64,000 nt of DNA from Octopus sinensis (GCF_006345805.1 NC_043003.1:101680001-101744000), one strand, 5' to 3'; positions 1-12,441 are shown, counted from the first letter of the stretch. Translations and numbers: made by a program. Notes: a model not told the origin generated them from the sequence alone.

Positions 1-2654
1 GAATGTCCAAAAACTTTCTAGAAGGTCAAGGGAGATTACTCTCATTAAATCCCTTTTTCATTTTGCTTTCCTGCTTGACCGCCAGGGTTCACTACATAAC
101 TCCCTCCTCAGGTGAGCAGTCAATAAGCAAAATCATTATAGTGATCCAGGGCAGATATGAAGCAAAACAAGGTAGCAAAAACATGTGCTTGCAAAACAAG
201 TAGTAAAATAGAAAAAATTAATACATGCATCATGATAGATACTGAATATGATTGCAGAGTTTGGCACAGTAAAGGGTTTAGCTACATATCTATGCACATC
301 AAACTAAATGCAAAACATGGCAATATGAAAAATACAATGTGAAACATGCATGGGAAAAATGTTTGTGAATAAACGTTGTTTGTAAAAGAAATAGCAAACA
401 GTTTGTTTTGTAACACAAAGTTAAATATATATATAGTTCTGGATAATTTGTGAGAGTGACAGTTCATGATAAGGTCCAGAAAAAAGGTGTATGCAGCATA
501 TTAAATATGTAACACAAGAAAAAGGAAGCTGAAGGAAGCTCTTCGTAGCTTGCTGCCTGGGAAGGTGGTTTCTGCGAGACAGAGCAAGCGAAACCTGACG
601 TGCAAGCACAATTGCAATCATCCAGGAAAGTGGCAATCACAGGATATGAAAGTCAAGGTGTATGAGAGTGCAATATTGGCTGCTGAGACATAAGCAGTGC
701 CAAGATTTAACCTTGCAAGAGCAGTGGGTTGCTTGCAGAGGCTGAAAGGGTGTAGGTGCTAGAAAAGTGACAGTGACTAGAGAAATGAGTCAGACCATAA
801 AGATGGTGGCAAAAGAAGGAAATTCCAACATGCAAGAGACCTGGTGTTAATCAGGCACCAAAGGAAGAAAATGCATGGAACACTACATGATGCAAAGAAA
901 AAAATGCGTTTATAAGAGGTGGTTTGTGCATCCTGCTAACCAGAGAAGCAATGCATGGCAAAGACATGTAGGGACCTTTTTTGCCAGCTGAGAAAGGCTT
1001 GAGAAAAGCATTTAGCTAGAATAAACCTAGAAATGTGTGGCATGGATAGCATGAGGCAGACAGCATGTATGTGTGTATGTGTGTGTGAACGTTGAGCAAT
1101 AAAATAATGTGCAAGTGTAACTACTGTAAGCACTGTGAAACAAAACCAATTGCAAAGTCTGATGCAGTATCTCCCAGCAAAAGCTGTGCATCGGAGACTG
1201 AGCGTGCAAGGTGAGATGCTGAATAGAGGGCATTTCACAGCATCAAAAGGCATGTTACAGAATGGATGTACATGAAAGTATTTGTAAATGCAAGAAAAAA
1301 TGCAACAAAATGAACAGAAAGAAATTGGAACCGAAAAGCTCATGATGAGGCTGAAAAAATATGGAAGGAAAACAAGAAAACATGCAGAATGTTCAGTTCA
1401 TTGAATAACTGTTCCAATGAATGCTGTTAAGAAATGCATGGTTGGTGAAAAAATGTCACATTTCGGATTAGGAAGCTGTTTGAAGTGCTGTCCAACTGTG
1501 CAGTGCTCAGATTGACTGAAATTTGCTGTATAAGACTGAAATTTGCTGTACAGAAGATGGTGCAGCAATGATTCAAAATTAGCATTGAAACTGTGGCAGT
1601 GGTGACGTTAGCATTGTGGTCAGGTATGAAGGCTGATGGTATTAGCGCTGTTTGTGTGCATGGCTGTCGAAGTCTGGCCACATGGAAAATTCGAGATAGG
1701 CGAATGTAATAGAGAACTCCTGAGATTTGGTGCACACATCCACTGTCCATGCTCAGAGTGGTAATTGCATGAGAAAACCCAGCGAGTAAGATGAAGACAA
1801 ATGCCATGTTGGAAAAACTCCAACGTGAATTTACCAGCATAAAACCTTGACAGTTGACATTGTGAGAGAAAATTACTTCAAGAGGAGATTATTTGAAAGA
1901 ATACCTTGTATTTCCTTGTAAGAAGAATGCATATTCTGTTAGGTACAAGTTCGAGGTGAAGGAGACGAATTCTAGAGGTTCACTTGAACAAGAGAAAATA
2001 TTCTGATGTTGAGTCATTGCTTTGTGGTTGAGATGCGAGCGAAGACTGCGATTCTTTAGCTCGGTTTACCATGTGCTGTGAGTTGTGTAGTCAAAAAGTC
2101 GGGTTTACTATATTATTATAGTGAAATGTCCGCAGTGGCTATCTGTTCTTAACGTCAGGGTTACCATTTTATGGAGAAATTGTCGATTAAATGACATCCT
2201 ATAAGTTAATGAGCATGAGAGAAAGAGGGGTCACCATCTTGTATGTTATAACAAGAAAATAGAAAATTGCAAGAAATTTGTAATAAGTCATAACATATTT
2301 ATTACTGGAGGGAATGCGTTAACATATAAGGTTAAATGAAAGAAAGGCTTGTAACATTACATTAACATATTCTTTTTGCAATCATTTGTCCCCAAGTAAG
2401 TGAGGTGAACATATGCACAAGCGGGTGTGTATGCGGTGGCCTGATTCAATGCTGGTCTAAGACTTGACAGACACTGAGTGGCACAAATTTAGAATGCTTT
2501 GCTTTATATAAGGGATGAGCCAGAAGTCCCTGACTTCCACATCAACTGGAAGCTTCTAGAATATTCAAGAACTTTCTAGAAGGTTGAGAGAGATTACTCT
2601 TCTTAAATCCCTTTCTCGTTTTGCTTTCCTGCTTGACTGCCAGGGTTCACTACA
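1..2654 (-). mobile_element. Non-autonomous/decayed LTR retrotransposon (Gypsy-like); 5' LTR ~2240-2654, 3' LTR cut by the window start (1-96)
   Basis: 1-96 is a diverged direct repeat of 2559-2654, both ending ...gccagggttcactaca (TGTAGTG.. start on -). On -, a polypurine tract GAGGAGGGAGTTA (97-109) abuts the 3' LTR and a PBS-like TGGTGACCCC (2227-2236) follows the 5' LTR. The ~2.1-kb interior has no long ORF. Confidence 0.8.
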
Positions 2655-3954
2655 CAATTATAGAGCCACTATTACTTTTACTAAGAGCAAGTACACTATC
2701 TTCATGCTGTGTACTTGACTGGTACTTTATGTAAAGAGCTGGAAGAAATGCTGCAACATACAAACAATTCTGCCAGCTTGCCACTTATTAATAATATACA
2801 TTGGTTTCTTTTTTTTTTTCTTACTGTGTAGATTTGCAGGAAAATGGGAAGTTGCTTTTGTTGCTTGTAGTTCGTAATTTTCATTATTTATCAACCCTGA
2901 AAAGATGATGGGTAAAGTTGGCAGCACTTTGTTGTAAGATGCAAGCAATACTCTTTACTGGTATTTTCATCAAATGAATGGCATTGTCTCCTTTTCCATC
3001 TTCACTTTTCTCTCTAAGTGATACATAAAGAAACTAATGTGGGACTGATGAGCCAAAGAGGAAAGTGTCTATCCTCAGTCCTTTCAATTTTATTCACTAG
3101 ACACCAGAAAATTACCTGCTTTTTACAACCAGGATGATTTTCATGATGAATTTTGTTAATACCTGGGTTCAACCTACATGCATCAATAGGAGGGAAGTAA
3201 TCAAAATAATCAATATCATCAATCCCAGTACTGGATGGTACTTTAGTTTATTGACCTTGGAGTCAATGAAAGGGGAAGTTGACCTCAGCAACTATTAAAC
3301 GTAATTTGAATGAAGAAACTTGAAACAAATACCACAAGTCATTTTGTCTCATTCTTTGTGATTTAGATGCAAGGTCAGCGATTTTGGGGAGAGGGACTTA
3401 GTTGATACCATTGACTCAGTACTTGACTGGTACTTTATTTCATTGACCTAGAAGGATGAAACCAAAGTTGACCTTGGTGGGATTTGAACTGCTAATAATA
3501 ATTGCTTCAAATTTTGGCACAAGGCCAGCAATTTTAGAGGGACATCGACCCCAGTACTTGATTGGTATTGTGTGTATTTTATCAACCCCGAAAAGACGAT
3601 GGACAAAGTTGGCAGCACTTGAACTGAAAACAAAAATGGACTGCGATATGTGTTGCATTACTATACATAAGAAGACCCACCCACCACAACAGAATTGGTA
3701 TCCTAAAACCAAGGTGCCACATAAAATGTATTGGTGTGAGTGCTGGTGCCATGTAAAAAGCACCTAGTACATTCTCTAAAGTGACTGGCATTAAGAAGGG
3801 CATCCAACTGTAGAAACCATGCCAAAACAGACTATGAAATCTGTTGTGGCCCTGGCTTTGCCAGTTCCTCTTAAGCCATCCAACCCATGCCAGCATGGAA
3901 AACAGGCATCATATGTTGATGATGATGACGAAGAATTCTGGCAGCTCACCACCC

Positions 3955-3988
<34 letters not shown>

Positions 3989-4510
3989 CCTTTCTACTAA
4001 AGGCACAAGGCCTGAAATTTTGGAGAGGGAACTAGTCGATTACATCAACCCCAGTGTTTCATTGGTACTTAATTTATCAATCCTGAAAGGATGAAAAGCA
4101 AAGTTAACCTCAGCGGAATTTGAACTCAGAACATAAAGACAGATGAAATGCCACTCACCGCCTTAATAATAATGATAATTATAATTATAATAATTCTTTC
4201 TAATTGTGGCATAAGACTAGCAAATATTAGAGGGATGTGATAAGTCTGTTACATTGACTGCAGTACTTGACTGGTACTTATTTTTTATCAACCCTGAAAG
4301 GATGAAAAGCAACATTAATCTCAGCAAGATTTGAATAGAGAATGTAAAGAGCTGGAAGAAATGCTGCCAAGCATTTCGCCCAACATGCCAGCTTGCTATT
4401 TTGTTAATAATATAGATTTTTTTTTACTGTATAGACGAGAAGTTGTTTTTGTTGCTTGTAGTTAATAATTTTCATTATTATTTACATTTTTTCCACCTCA
4501 CTTTTCACAG

Positions 4511-4643
4511 GATTCTCTCCCAATTTGCATTCAACCTTTCACTTGACTGGGAGCTGCCCAAGAAGAAAGTTCCTCCAGATGGCCTCCGAGAAGGTGTACG
4601 AGATATGCTTATTAAGCATCATTTATTCAGCTGGGATCTCTGA
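4511..4643 (+). CDS. SGSM3: Terminal coding exon of small G protein signaling modulator 3 (RUTBC3/SGSM3)
   Basis: Pyrimidine-rich acceptor ttttcacag|G at 4510/4511. Encodes (R)[43 protein letters not shown], matching the recalled SGSM3 C-terminus (FAFSLSQDWELP...[16 protein letters not shown]). No upstream exons found in the window. Confidence 0.85.
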
Positions 4644-5449
4644 TTATTATTTAAGAAGTTAGTATGCATTGTTTAGACAAAGACATTCATGTGTGTATCT
4701 ATAATGCTCGGCATGCACTCACACACACACACATATTTTCAAACATGCACACATACACATTTGACATTTAACACATTGTCACATACATACACATAAATAC
4801 ACACATATATTCTCACATAATGGTAGGATTCAGTGTCTTCTAGTGAAACAATTGTTCCATTATTTATTTGTCAGGTACTCTTGGGGCTAAAAAAGAAACA
4901 AAATCTCTTGGTTGCAAAGTTAATTGTCTGAAATACAGGTTTTGATTGCTTGAGATTGTTGCCTCACCTGTCAACAGCCTCACCTGTCAACAGGCTCACC
5001 TGCAGTAGCTTCATATTCTGGCAATAGAAACCTCAACTGCAATTTCAATGAATCTATTTGCCAGATATGTGATGGCACAGATTAATTCCCAAGCCTGTTT
5101 CTTTGATGACACAGCGTATTTCCTCTGTGCGTGTGTGAGTGCGTGTGCGTGCGTGCGTGCATACATGTTTATATGTATGTGATCATGCATATTCTTATGT
5201 ACGTATCATACATATACACCAAATGGTGTCAGTATTATTTCCATGATAAGTCTGCATAAATTATAAAATACTATTTTGTACATAGAAGAAAAAAATATAT
5301 ATATAATGAACTTTTGAGAAGAAGAAAACTGTAAGAAGAAGGAAAATCAATGTGCTTAAAAGAAAAAAAAACTGATAAAATTTGAATCTTAATTAAAAGA
5401 TGTTACTGAAACTGTTTTACTTATTTTTAATCCACAATGATTGATTGCA

Positions 5450-5595
5450 CAGTTAAGACCAGCCATGTGGTTTCTGTTGAGACCCATTGCATGGCACCTT
5501 GGGTAAATGCTTTCCACTATAGCCTCAGGCTGACCAAAGCCTTGAAAGTAAATTTCATAGATGGAAACTGAAAGAAGACCGTTGTTTATGTAAGT
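5450..5595 (+). mobile_element. tRNA-derived CORE-type SINE (representative; related copies ~8810-8985 -, 27760-28065 -, 35870-36140 +, 54050-54210 +, 58455-58600 +, 59715-59820 -)
   Basis: Recurrent core ggcaccttggg(c)aa..g..tt..actatagcc..ggc..accaaagccttg...gatggaaactgaaagaag. Boundaries approximate. Confidence 0.7.
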
Positions 5596-5625
5596 GTATA
5601 TCTATCTATCTGTCTGTCTGTCTGT

Positions 5626-5649
5626 CTATATATATATATATTATATATA

Positions 5650-5696
<47 letters not shown>

Positions 5697-6060
5697 GTGT
5701 ATATATATATATATATATGTGTATATATATATATATATATGTGTATATATATAAATATATATATGTGTATATATATAATATATATATATATGTGTATATA
5801 TATAAATATATATATATATGTGTATATATACAATAAATATATATATATATATGTGTATATATATAAATATATATATATATATGTATATATATAATATATA
5901 TATATAGTGTATATATATATATGTGTATATATATATATATGTGTATATATACAATAAATATATATATATATATGTGTATATATACAATAAATACAAAATA
6001 TATATATATGTGTATATATATAAATATAAAATATATATATATATGTGTATATATATATAT
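5626..6060. repeat. Compound (TA)n microsatellite with periodic GTGT/AAAT interruptions
   Basis: Directly visible; produces the spurious YIYI ORFs. Confidence 0.95.
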
Positions 6061-6710
6061 ATAAAAGTAAATAAATGGCACAATGAAGCACCGATATTAC
6101 TGGAAAATAGCGAACGTAATAAATACGACGCTAATGTATAGCTTCACTGTGTATGTACTAGTAAAGATGCTTGTGTGCAACAAACATGAAAAAAATTTGT
6201 CTTACCTCTAGGAAGAACATCTGAAAAATGAAAACCTAGAAATGGATAATGCAGTACCGGTTTCAGATTCTTCAAAATACATTTGCCAACGTATATTTGA
6301 TTTATCTTCATCAGCTGCATATACCTCGACAATATTTCAAATGTTGCCACATCTATGCCAGTACACTCGTCTGAACGCCAGAGAACAGTGAAGAAGTTTC
6401 AATGAAAATAGTAATGCAATATGTATTTTGAAGAATCTGAAACCGGTACTGCATTATCCGTTTCTAGGTTTTTCATTTTTCAGATGTTCTTCCTAGAAGT
6501 AAGACAAATTTTTTTCATGTTTGTTGCACACAAGCATTTTTACTAGTACATACACAGTGAAGCTATACATTAGCGTCGTATTTATTACGTTCACTATTTT
6601 CCAGTAAATATCGGTGCTTCATTGTGCCATTTATTTACTTTTATATGTTTAATTTTACCCTCACGGGCTATCCTTTACTGGAAAGTAATACCCTCGTATT
6701 GCATTACTAT

Positions 6711-6716
<6 letters not shown>
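6059..6716. mobile_element. Non-coding hammerhead-bearing retroelement (retrozyme / PLE pseudo-LTR) as an inverted pair inside a (TA)n tract
   Basis: Arms 6059-6282 and 6421-6646 are reverse complements with only a handful of differences. 6402-6421 is the reverse complement of 6697-6716. (TA)n on both sides. Confidence 0.8.
6249..6320 (-). ncRNA. Type I hammerhead ribozyme, intact core
   Basis: Minus strand: AUGCAG (stem I) CUGAUGA AGAU..[UCAAAUAUAC/GUAUUUUGA hairpin]..AUCU (stem II) GAAAC CG GUA | CUGCAU (stem I'). All canonical core nucleotides present; palindromic minimal stem III (ACCGGU). Confidence 0.88.
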
Positions 6717-6764
<48 letters not shown>

Positions 6765-7581
6765 AATGGGTTATTTGCAACAAGTTGCTTAAACCACATA
6801 CCGAAAATATTAGAAATAGCAGCCAAACAGGTTACCATCACTATTACTACAAAAATAAGATTCCACAAAGAACAGTATTTGTAACCCGTATATGGTAAAG
6901 AGAAAGAAGATAACGAAATCACACAGTCTACTTTGGATCAATTATGGACGAATTGTTTCTGGATTAGAATCGAAAATTCATTTCCTCATCAACATAACAT
7001 TTCCTATAAATTTAGAAATGCTAGGAAAAAACTCACCAATTATATTAATTCGATCAGGTGACATCGAACGATATAACAGTCTGCCAGCATCTCCAATTTA
7101 TATTGACAAGCGAATTCGTATCTCCCTCCAAAATTTCGGTTACAAATACTGATGCTATATTCCTGATGCTAGGTTCCTGATATTTCTCAACTGTACTACC
7201 ATATATAGCATTTCAAAGTCTGTGATCTTATCCTGTTACTTTTGTTTTTTCAATCATACCTGGTCTCCTTACTTCAGTCTCCATGGAAAAATCCCATAAC
7301 TTTTCTGCCACTTATTATTAGTAGTATTGTGAACTAGCAATATTGTTGAGACAATAAACTTTGTGATATTTCTTTCAGTTTAGAGTTCAAATTCCACTGA
7401 TGTTGATTTTCCTTTTCCTCCTCCCAGTGTCAGTCAATTATCGGGGTTAATTTAATTAATACCAGTCTTCTAAATTTCTGACCTGCGTGTCTATGCAAAA
7501 AAGTTATTAAACTTTTCCTTGTTTCAGTCAGCAACTGTAGCCATAATGGGCAGCATGCTTATTAATTCAACCTTTATTTAA

Positions 7582-7751
7582 CCCTTATTTATTCACATTA
7601 CTTTGTATTAATACATTATCTTGAAGTTTCAAAATTTCAATGATGTGATTGATTATTTTTAGAATAAGTGTAAGAAACCAGATTTAGCCAATTTAAACAT
7701 GAAACAAGTAGAATATGTGGGTCGGATGTGGCCAGTTTAAAGGCCAAAGGG
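7582..7751. mobile_element. Small TTAA-flanked MITE (piggyBac-type ends); related decayed copies ~8600-8770 and ~55230-55410
   Basis: ttaa|ccctt ... aaggg|ttaa ends; shared interior among copies. Confidence 0.6.
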
Positions 7752-8159
7752 TTAATTTTGTTGTTGGCATGGTGACAAGAGACTCTTTGAGCTATGTTTC
7801 CTCTGAGTGTCTTAATTTGCTGAACTGAATTGTTAAAATGGTTCTTCTTTCTGCTAGTTTGGAGTCATTGGCTCTTTGTTGAAATGTATCTTCATTGGGT
7901 CTTTCCAATAAGTGTTCTAATGAACTGTTTGGTTGTCAAGTACCCTCTATCAAGACCTTTAAATGTGTCACCTGCTTCTCTTTCTATCATTTCTCTGTTG
8001 GTTTTCCTGTTAGTCAGATGTCCTTTTATTCTGATAGCTTTTTTCCTTCTCAAACTGCTGCTCTCTGTAACTTATTACCATCATCTTGCTTTCCTCTCGA
8101 CTATGACATTCAGTCCTTTAAGTTTTCTGCAATTTGTAGGCTCCATCTTTTTCCTTTAG

Positions 8160-8595
8160 CATTTACATTTTGCCAGTGGCACTTAAAAGGCACCATTTGA
8201 GTGTGATCGTTACCAGCGTCGCCTTAAAGAGCACCATCTGAGCGTGATTGTTGCCGGAGGAGCTATCTGGCCTCTGTGCCGGTGGCATGTAAAAAACACC
8301 ATTCGAGCGTGATCGTTACCAGCATTGCCTCACTGACACCTGTGCTGGTGGCATGTGTAAAAGATTCGAGCGAGGTCATTGCCAGTACCACCTGACTGGC
8401 CCCGTGCTGGTGGTATGTAAAAGCACCCACTACACTCTCGGAGTGGTTGGCGTTAGGAATGGCATCCAGCTGTAGAAGCTCTGCCAGATCAAGATTGAAG
8501 CCTGGTGCAGCCATCTGGTACACCAGCCCTCAGTCATTTGTCCAACCCATGCTAGCATGGAAAGCGGATGTTAAACGATGATGATGATGATGATG
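8160..8595 (+). mobile_element. RTE-LINE 3' UTR fragment with internal tandem repeats and (GAT)n tail
   Basis: Same sequence as the 3' UTR following the RTE ORF at 45780-46620; ends ccatgctagcatggaaagcggatgttaaac(gat)n. Confidence 0.7.
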
Positions 8596-9292
8596 TAATG
8601 CTTATTTATCACATTTAAAAAAAATTAAGCTTATATTTTCTCATAGATTTGGGATTTCAATATGATTGTTTATTTGACACTGACATTGTAGAGGAAGTGT
8701 GAAAGGCAAGACCTAGTCAGTTTGAACATCAGAGAGAATATTTTGGCTGGTTTAAATGCTAAAGGGTTAAGCTTCATTTGGGACAAAATCTTATTAAAAA
8801 AATGATATATATGAGCCATCTTTCAGTTTTTGTCGAACCAGTTCCACTCACAAAGCTTTGGTTGACCGAGGGACATAGTAGAAGACACTTACCCAAGATG
8901 TCATACAATGGGGTTGAACCTGAAACCATATGGTTGGGAAGCAAACTTCTTAATTTCAGTCACACCTGTGCTTCCACACAGCCATGACTATACATATATC
9001 ACTTAACTGTTATTTTGTTTAATTCCCTGTGACTTAGCAATTTTGCAAAAAGAGACTGATAGAATAATTTTTGGCTTCAAATTTTGGCACATGGCTAACA
9101 AACCCAGTGGGTAAGTTGATTACATCAACTCCAGCGCTCAGCTGGTATTTATTTTATTGACCTGGCAAAGATGAAAGGCAAAGTCTGCCTCAGCAAAATT
9201 TGAACTCAGATTGATGAAATGCTGCCATGCATTTTGTCCAGCATGCTAACAATTCTGCTAGCTTGCTGCTATTCAGACAGATAGAATAATTA

Positions 9293-11434
9293 CACTGGTC
9301 AACAAAATGAAACTTTTTTTAATCATCAGAGTTGCTGATTGACTTTTCTGGGTTAATTTTTGATGCTGATTACGAATCTGAAGTCCGATTTCCTCTATCG
9401 GGTCACATTTTCATGTTAATGATACCTGCTGTTTTAACTTATAGGATACGTAAAGCATGTCTATATAAAGTATATTGAATACAAGATACGATAATTTCAT
9501 GGCTTTTGATTGTACAAAATTAAAATTATTGTGTACGAATAAGATAGAATACACTCAAATGCATAACAACTTAAAATCTTTGGGATTTGGGATTTGGACT
9601 TTCTATTGTGTTTTGTCTCAAGTCTATTCCTGTATAACATCCAACAGTAGTCAACTAACATTCCTGCATTCCAAAATCCTTGATATTGTTGTTCATCAAT
9701 GCAGTATCTTGATGAAAGTGTTCCCCTTGCTCATTAGACACTGCTCCAAGGTTCTCTGCAAAAAAGTCCTGATGTGAATCAAGGAAATGGACTTTTAGTG
9801 ACATCCAACAGCCCATTGCAGCGTAGGAGTCTAGAAGATATTTCACTCCATTTCTAAACTCTAGAGATCTCTTGTTGCCTAGGCAATTTTCACAGAGCTA
9901 TTTGAAGGATTCCCAGGCTTTAAGCTCAATCTCATCCAGTGCTGTAAGGAAGTGGTTGTCCGCCAGGAGTTCTTTTATCATCTGTGGACCTAGGAATATG
10001 CCCTCCTTCAGTTTTGCCTCAGTGATTTTTGGAAATTTGGCCTTCACATATTCAAAACCTTTTGAGCTTTTCCTGGAAAGTGTCTTCACGAATCGTTTCA
10101 TGAGGCCAAGCTTTATGTGAAGAGGGGAAAGAAGACCATTTTCTGGGTTTAAAAGTAGCTTACTCTGGACGTTAGAAACTCCTGGCTCATATGATTTTTG
10201 CAAAGGCCACTCTGATTGCCCATAGTGCTTGTTAGATGCACGACTGTCCCATAGGCATAAAAAGCAACAATATTTGGTGAACCCAGATTGCATTCCCTTC
10301 AACATTCCAATCACCTTCAAGTCTCCACGTATTTTCCAGCTGTAGTTTGTATACTTTATGGCATTGAGGAGTACTTGCATGTTTTCATAACACTCCTTCA
10401 CGTGCACTGAATGTCCTATGAGAATGGATGGTTTCTTATTGCCATTGTGTAGTAGTACTGCCTTGAGACTTCTCTTAGATGAATCAATGAATAAGCACCA
10501 TTCAGCTGGAACATGCTCTTGGAACAAATAGTGAAATAACTCATCAGTGTTTTTACTGAAACAAAGTGGTCCATCAACAGAGAAGCATCAAGTCAGAACC
10601 CTATTTCTTTTCCTGAACATAAACATCTTTCTTAAGCAGACACTTTTCTTGTAGGTGAGTTCAGCTTTATCCTTTGACAATGACAAGTCTCTAACTAAAT
10701 CATTTAACTCTCCTTGAGAAAATTTCTGTGGTACATCTTCATTTTCAATCTTGAAATCTGCATCCACTTTGGTGTCTTCCACAGCAGAAGTATTTTCTTC
10801 AGGAAATACATCTTCATCAGGCATCTGAAGGCCATTTTTGGTGGTATCAGAATAGGAAGATCATTGTTGTGTGGCACTGGTCTTCTTGCTGATTCCAAGT
10901 TGGGATACACAATCTTATGCTTGGTCTTTACAGTAAACCCACATACATTATTAATGTTGCAGAAATAACAGTCCATGAAATGATCCTTTGGCTCTCTCCA
11001 TATCATAAGTATTGCAAACGGCATTACTCTCTCTTCCCCTTATTTAGCCAATCCCTTAGTCCATTTGAACAAGCTGAGCAGATGATGTGCAGGGCCCAAC
11101 TCTTATCTTGATCCAAGAGAGCAGCCAAAGTATAACTGGTAGATCTTCTTGATTTCACTTGTGAAAGTGCATATTAAGATTTTTGGTGATAAATGAACCA
11201 CAGGCATGACAAAATATATCAGGACTGTTCTTGTAATGCCTTGATATAGTCAGAATTTACCTGTATAGGACGTTTACATGTAGCGATACTGCTGATGGGA
11301 ATTATGTACCTCTCTTATCTCATCAGAAAAACTGTGCCTGATAGAAGGAAACTGATTAGTTTTGAAATCTTCAGACAAAACTACATATAAAACACCATAT
11401 AATATCCCTGATGAAAATTGGCTGTTGACCAGTG
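9293..11434 (-). mobile_element. Chapaev3-like (CMC) DNA transposon, full length, frameshifted transposase
   Basis: Perfect 12-bp TIRs CACTGGTCAACA (9293-9304 / 11423-11434) with TTA on both sides. Transposase fragments: WREPKDHFMDCYFC..YPNLESARRPVPH, LFIDSSKRSLKAVLLHNGN, GDLKV..GFTKYCCFLCLWDSRA, PLHIKLGLMK, SLKVHFLDSH..GAVSNEQGEHFHQD. Confidence 0.88.
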
Positions 11435-12403
11435 TTATTGGACTTAAAAACTACTGCACCTATTCATAATAAGCAAATAGATAAACTTTGCCAAGTACTT
11501 TTCTTCTAATTGTATCATTAGAACTGGTGGATTTAGTCGAATTGGTGGTTGCTTGATTAATTTAAATAATAAACAAACAAAAACATAGAATATACATTAC
11601 TATCATTGTTGTCATTTTACATTGATCTTTTCCATGCTGGTATGGATTGAGAGAAACTTATTGAGGTAGATTTTCTACACCAAAACCTCCACTGATTTTT
11701 TTTTTTTTTTTTACAAATAAGGTGTCTTTTATTCCGCTGGTCCTCACATATCCACTAAGCTAAAGGGCATTTGTTTATTGGAGAATGTAAACATTGCCAG
11801 TTTTTGTTTAGCTGCTGCTGTGCAAAGATATGTGGGATCATATTCAAACACACCTACCCACACTCCCCACCTCCCTGTGCAGTAACACACTCATACTTCC
11901 TTTCTCATTCCTATTGCATCTCACACCTCCATCCAGGTCAACCCACATATGCCAGATAGTCTTACACATACATATGCACAAGCACAGAATATACACACAC
12001 ACTTTAGCCAACAGCCCCATATAAATGAACAAACTGATAACAGGACATGCATACTCGCTCACATTATCCATGCATAAACATAGTACATGCTACTCGCACC
12101 AAGTATACATGCACATATGTACTTTGCATGCACACATGCTTATTAGACAACCTCTCATACATCCACACACATATCTATTCACTCACACAAGCGCATGTGC
12201 TGCTATATATGCACGTGTTCACATAATCTTCATACTTACACACATGCTTGCTCATATACACACACACACACACTTTAGCCAGGTGACTATTGTCTCCCTC
12301 ACTACACATGCTCTCAACCACTTCCTCTGGTGAATTCAATATGTGCAACTGTTAACCCAGGCATGTTTGTTCTTCCTCTCTCTGTCTGTTTTCTCTCTTC
12401 ATT

Positions 12404-12441
12404 TCTTTCTGTAGAAGAGCATAGGCTCAAAACATCAAAGA
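12404..12441 (+). ncRNA. Decayed minimal hammerhead-like motif
   Basis: tcttt CTGTAGA a gagc atag gctc aaaac atc aaaga: stems I and II pair; core deviates from CUGANGA/GAAAC..GUC. Confidence 0.45.

Noticed and set aside
1427-1840. 137-aa ORF inside the LTR element as gag/pol
   Set aside because: No recognisable retroviral motif.
5594-6141. Many YIYI/CVCV ORFs (also ~31.8-32.4, 43.1-43.7, 45.5-45.8, 60.8-61.1 kb)
   Set aside because: Translations of microsatellites and AT-rich minisatellites.
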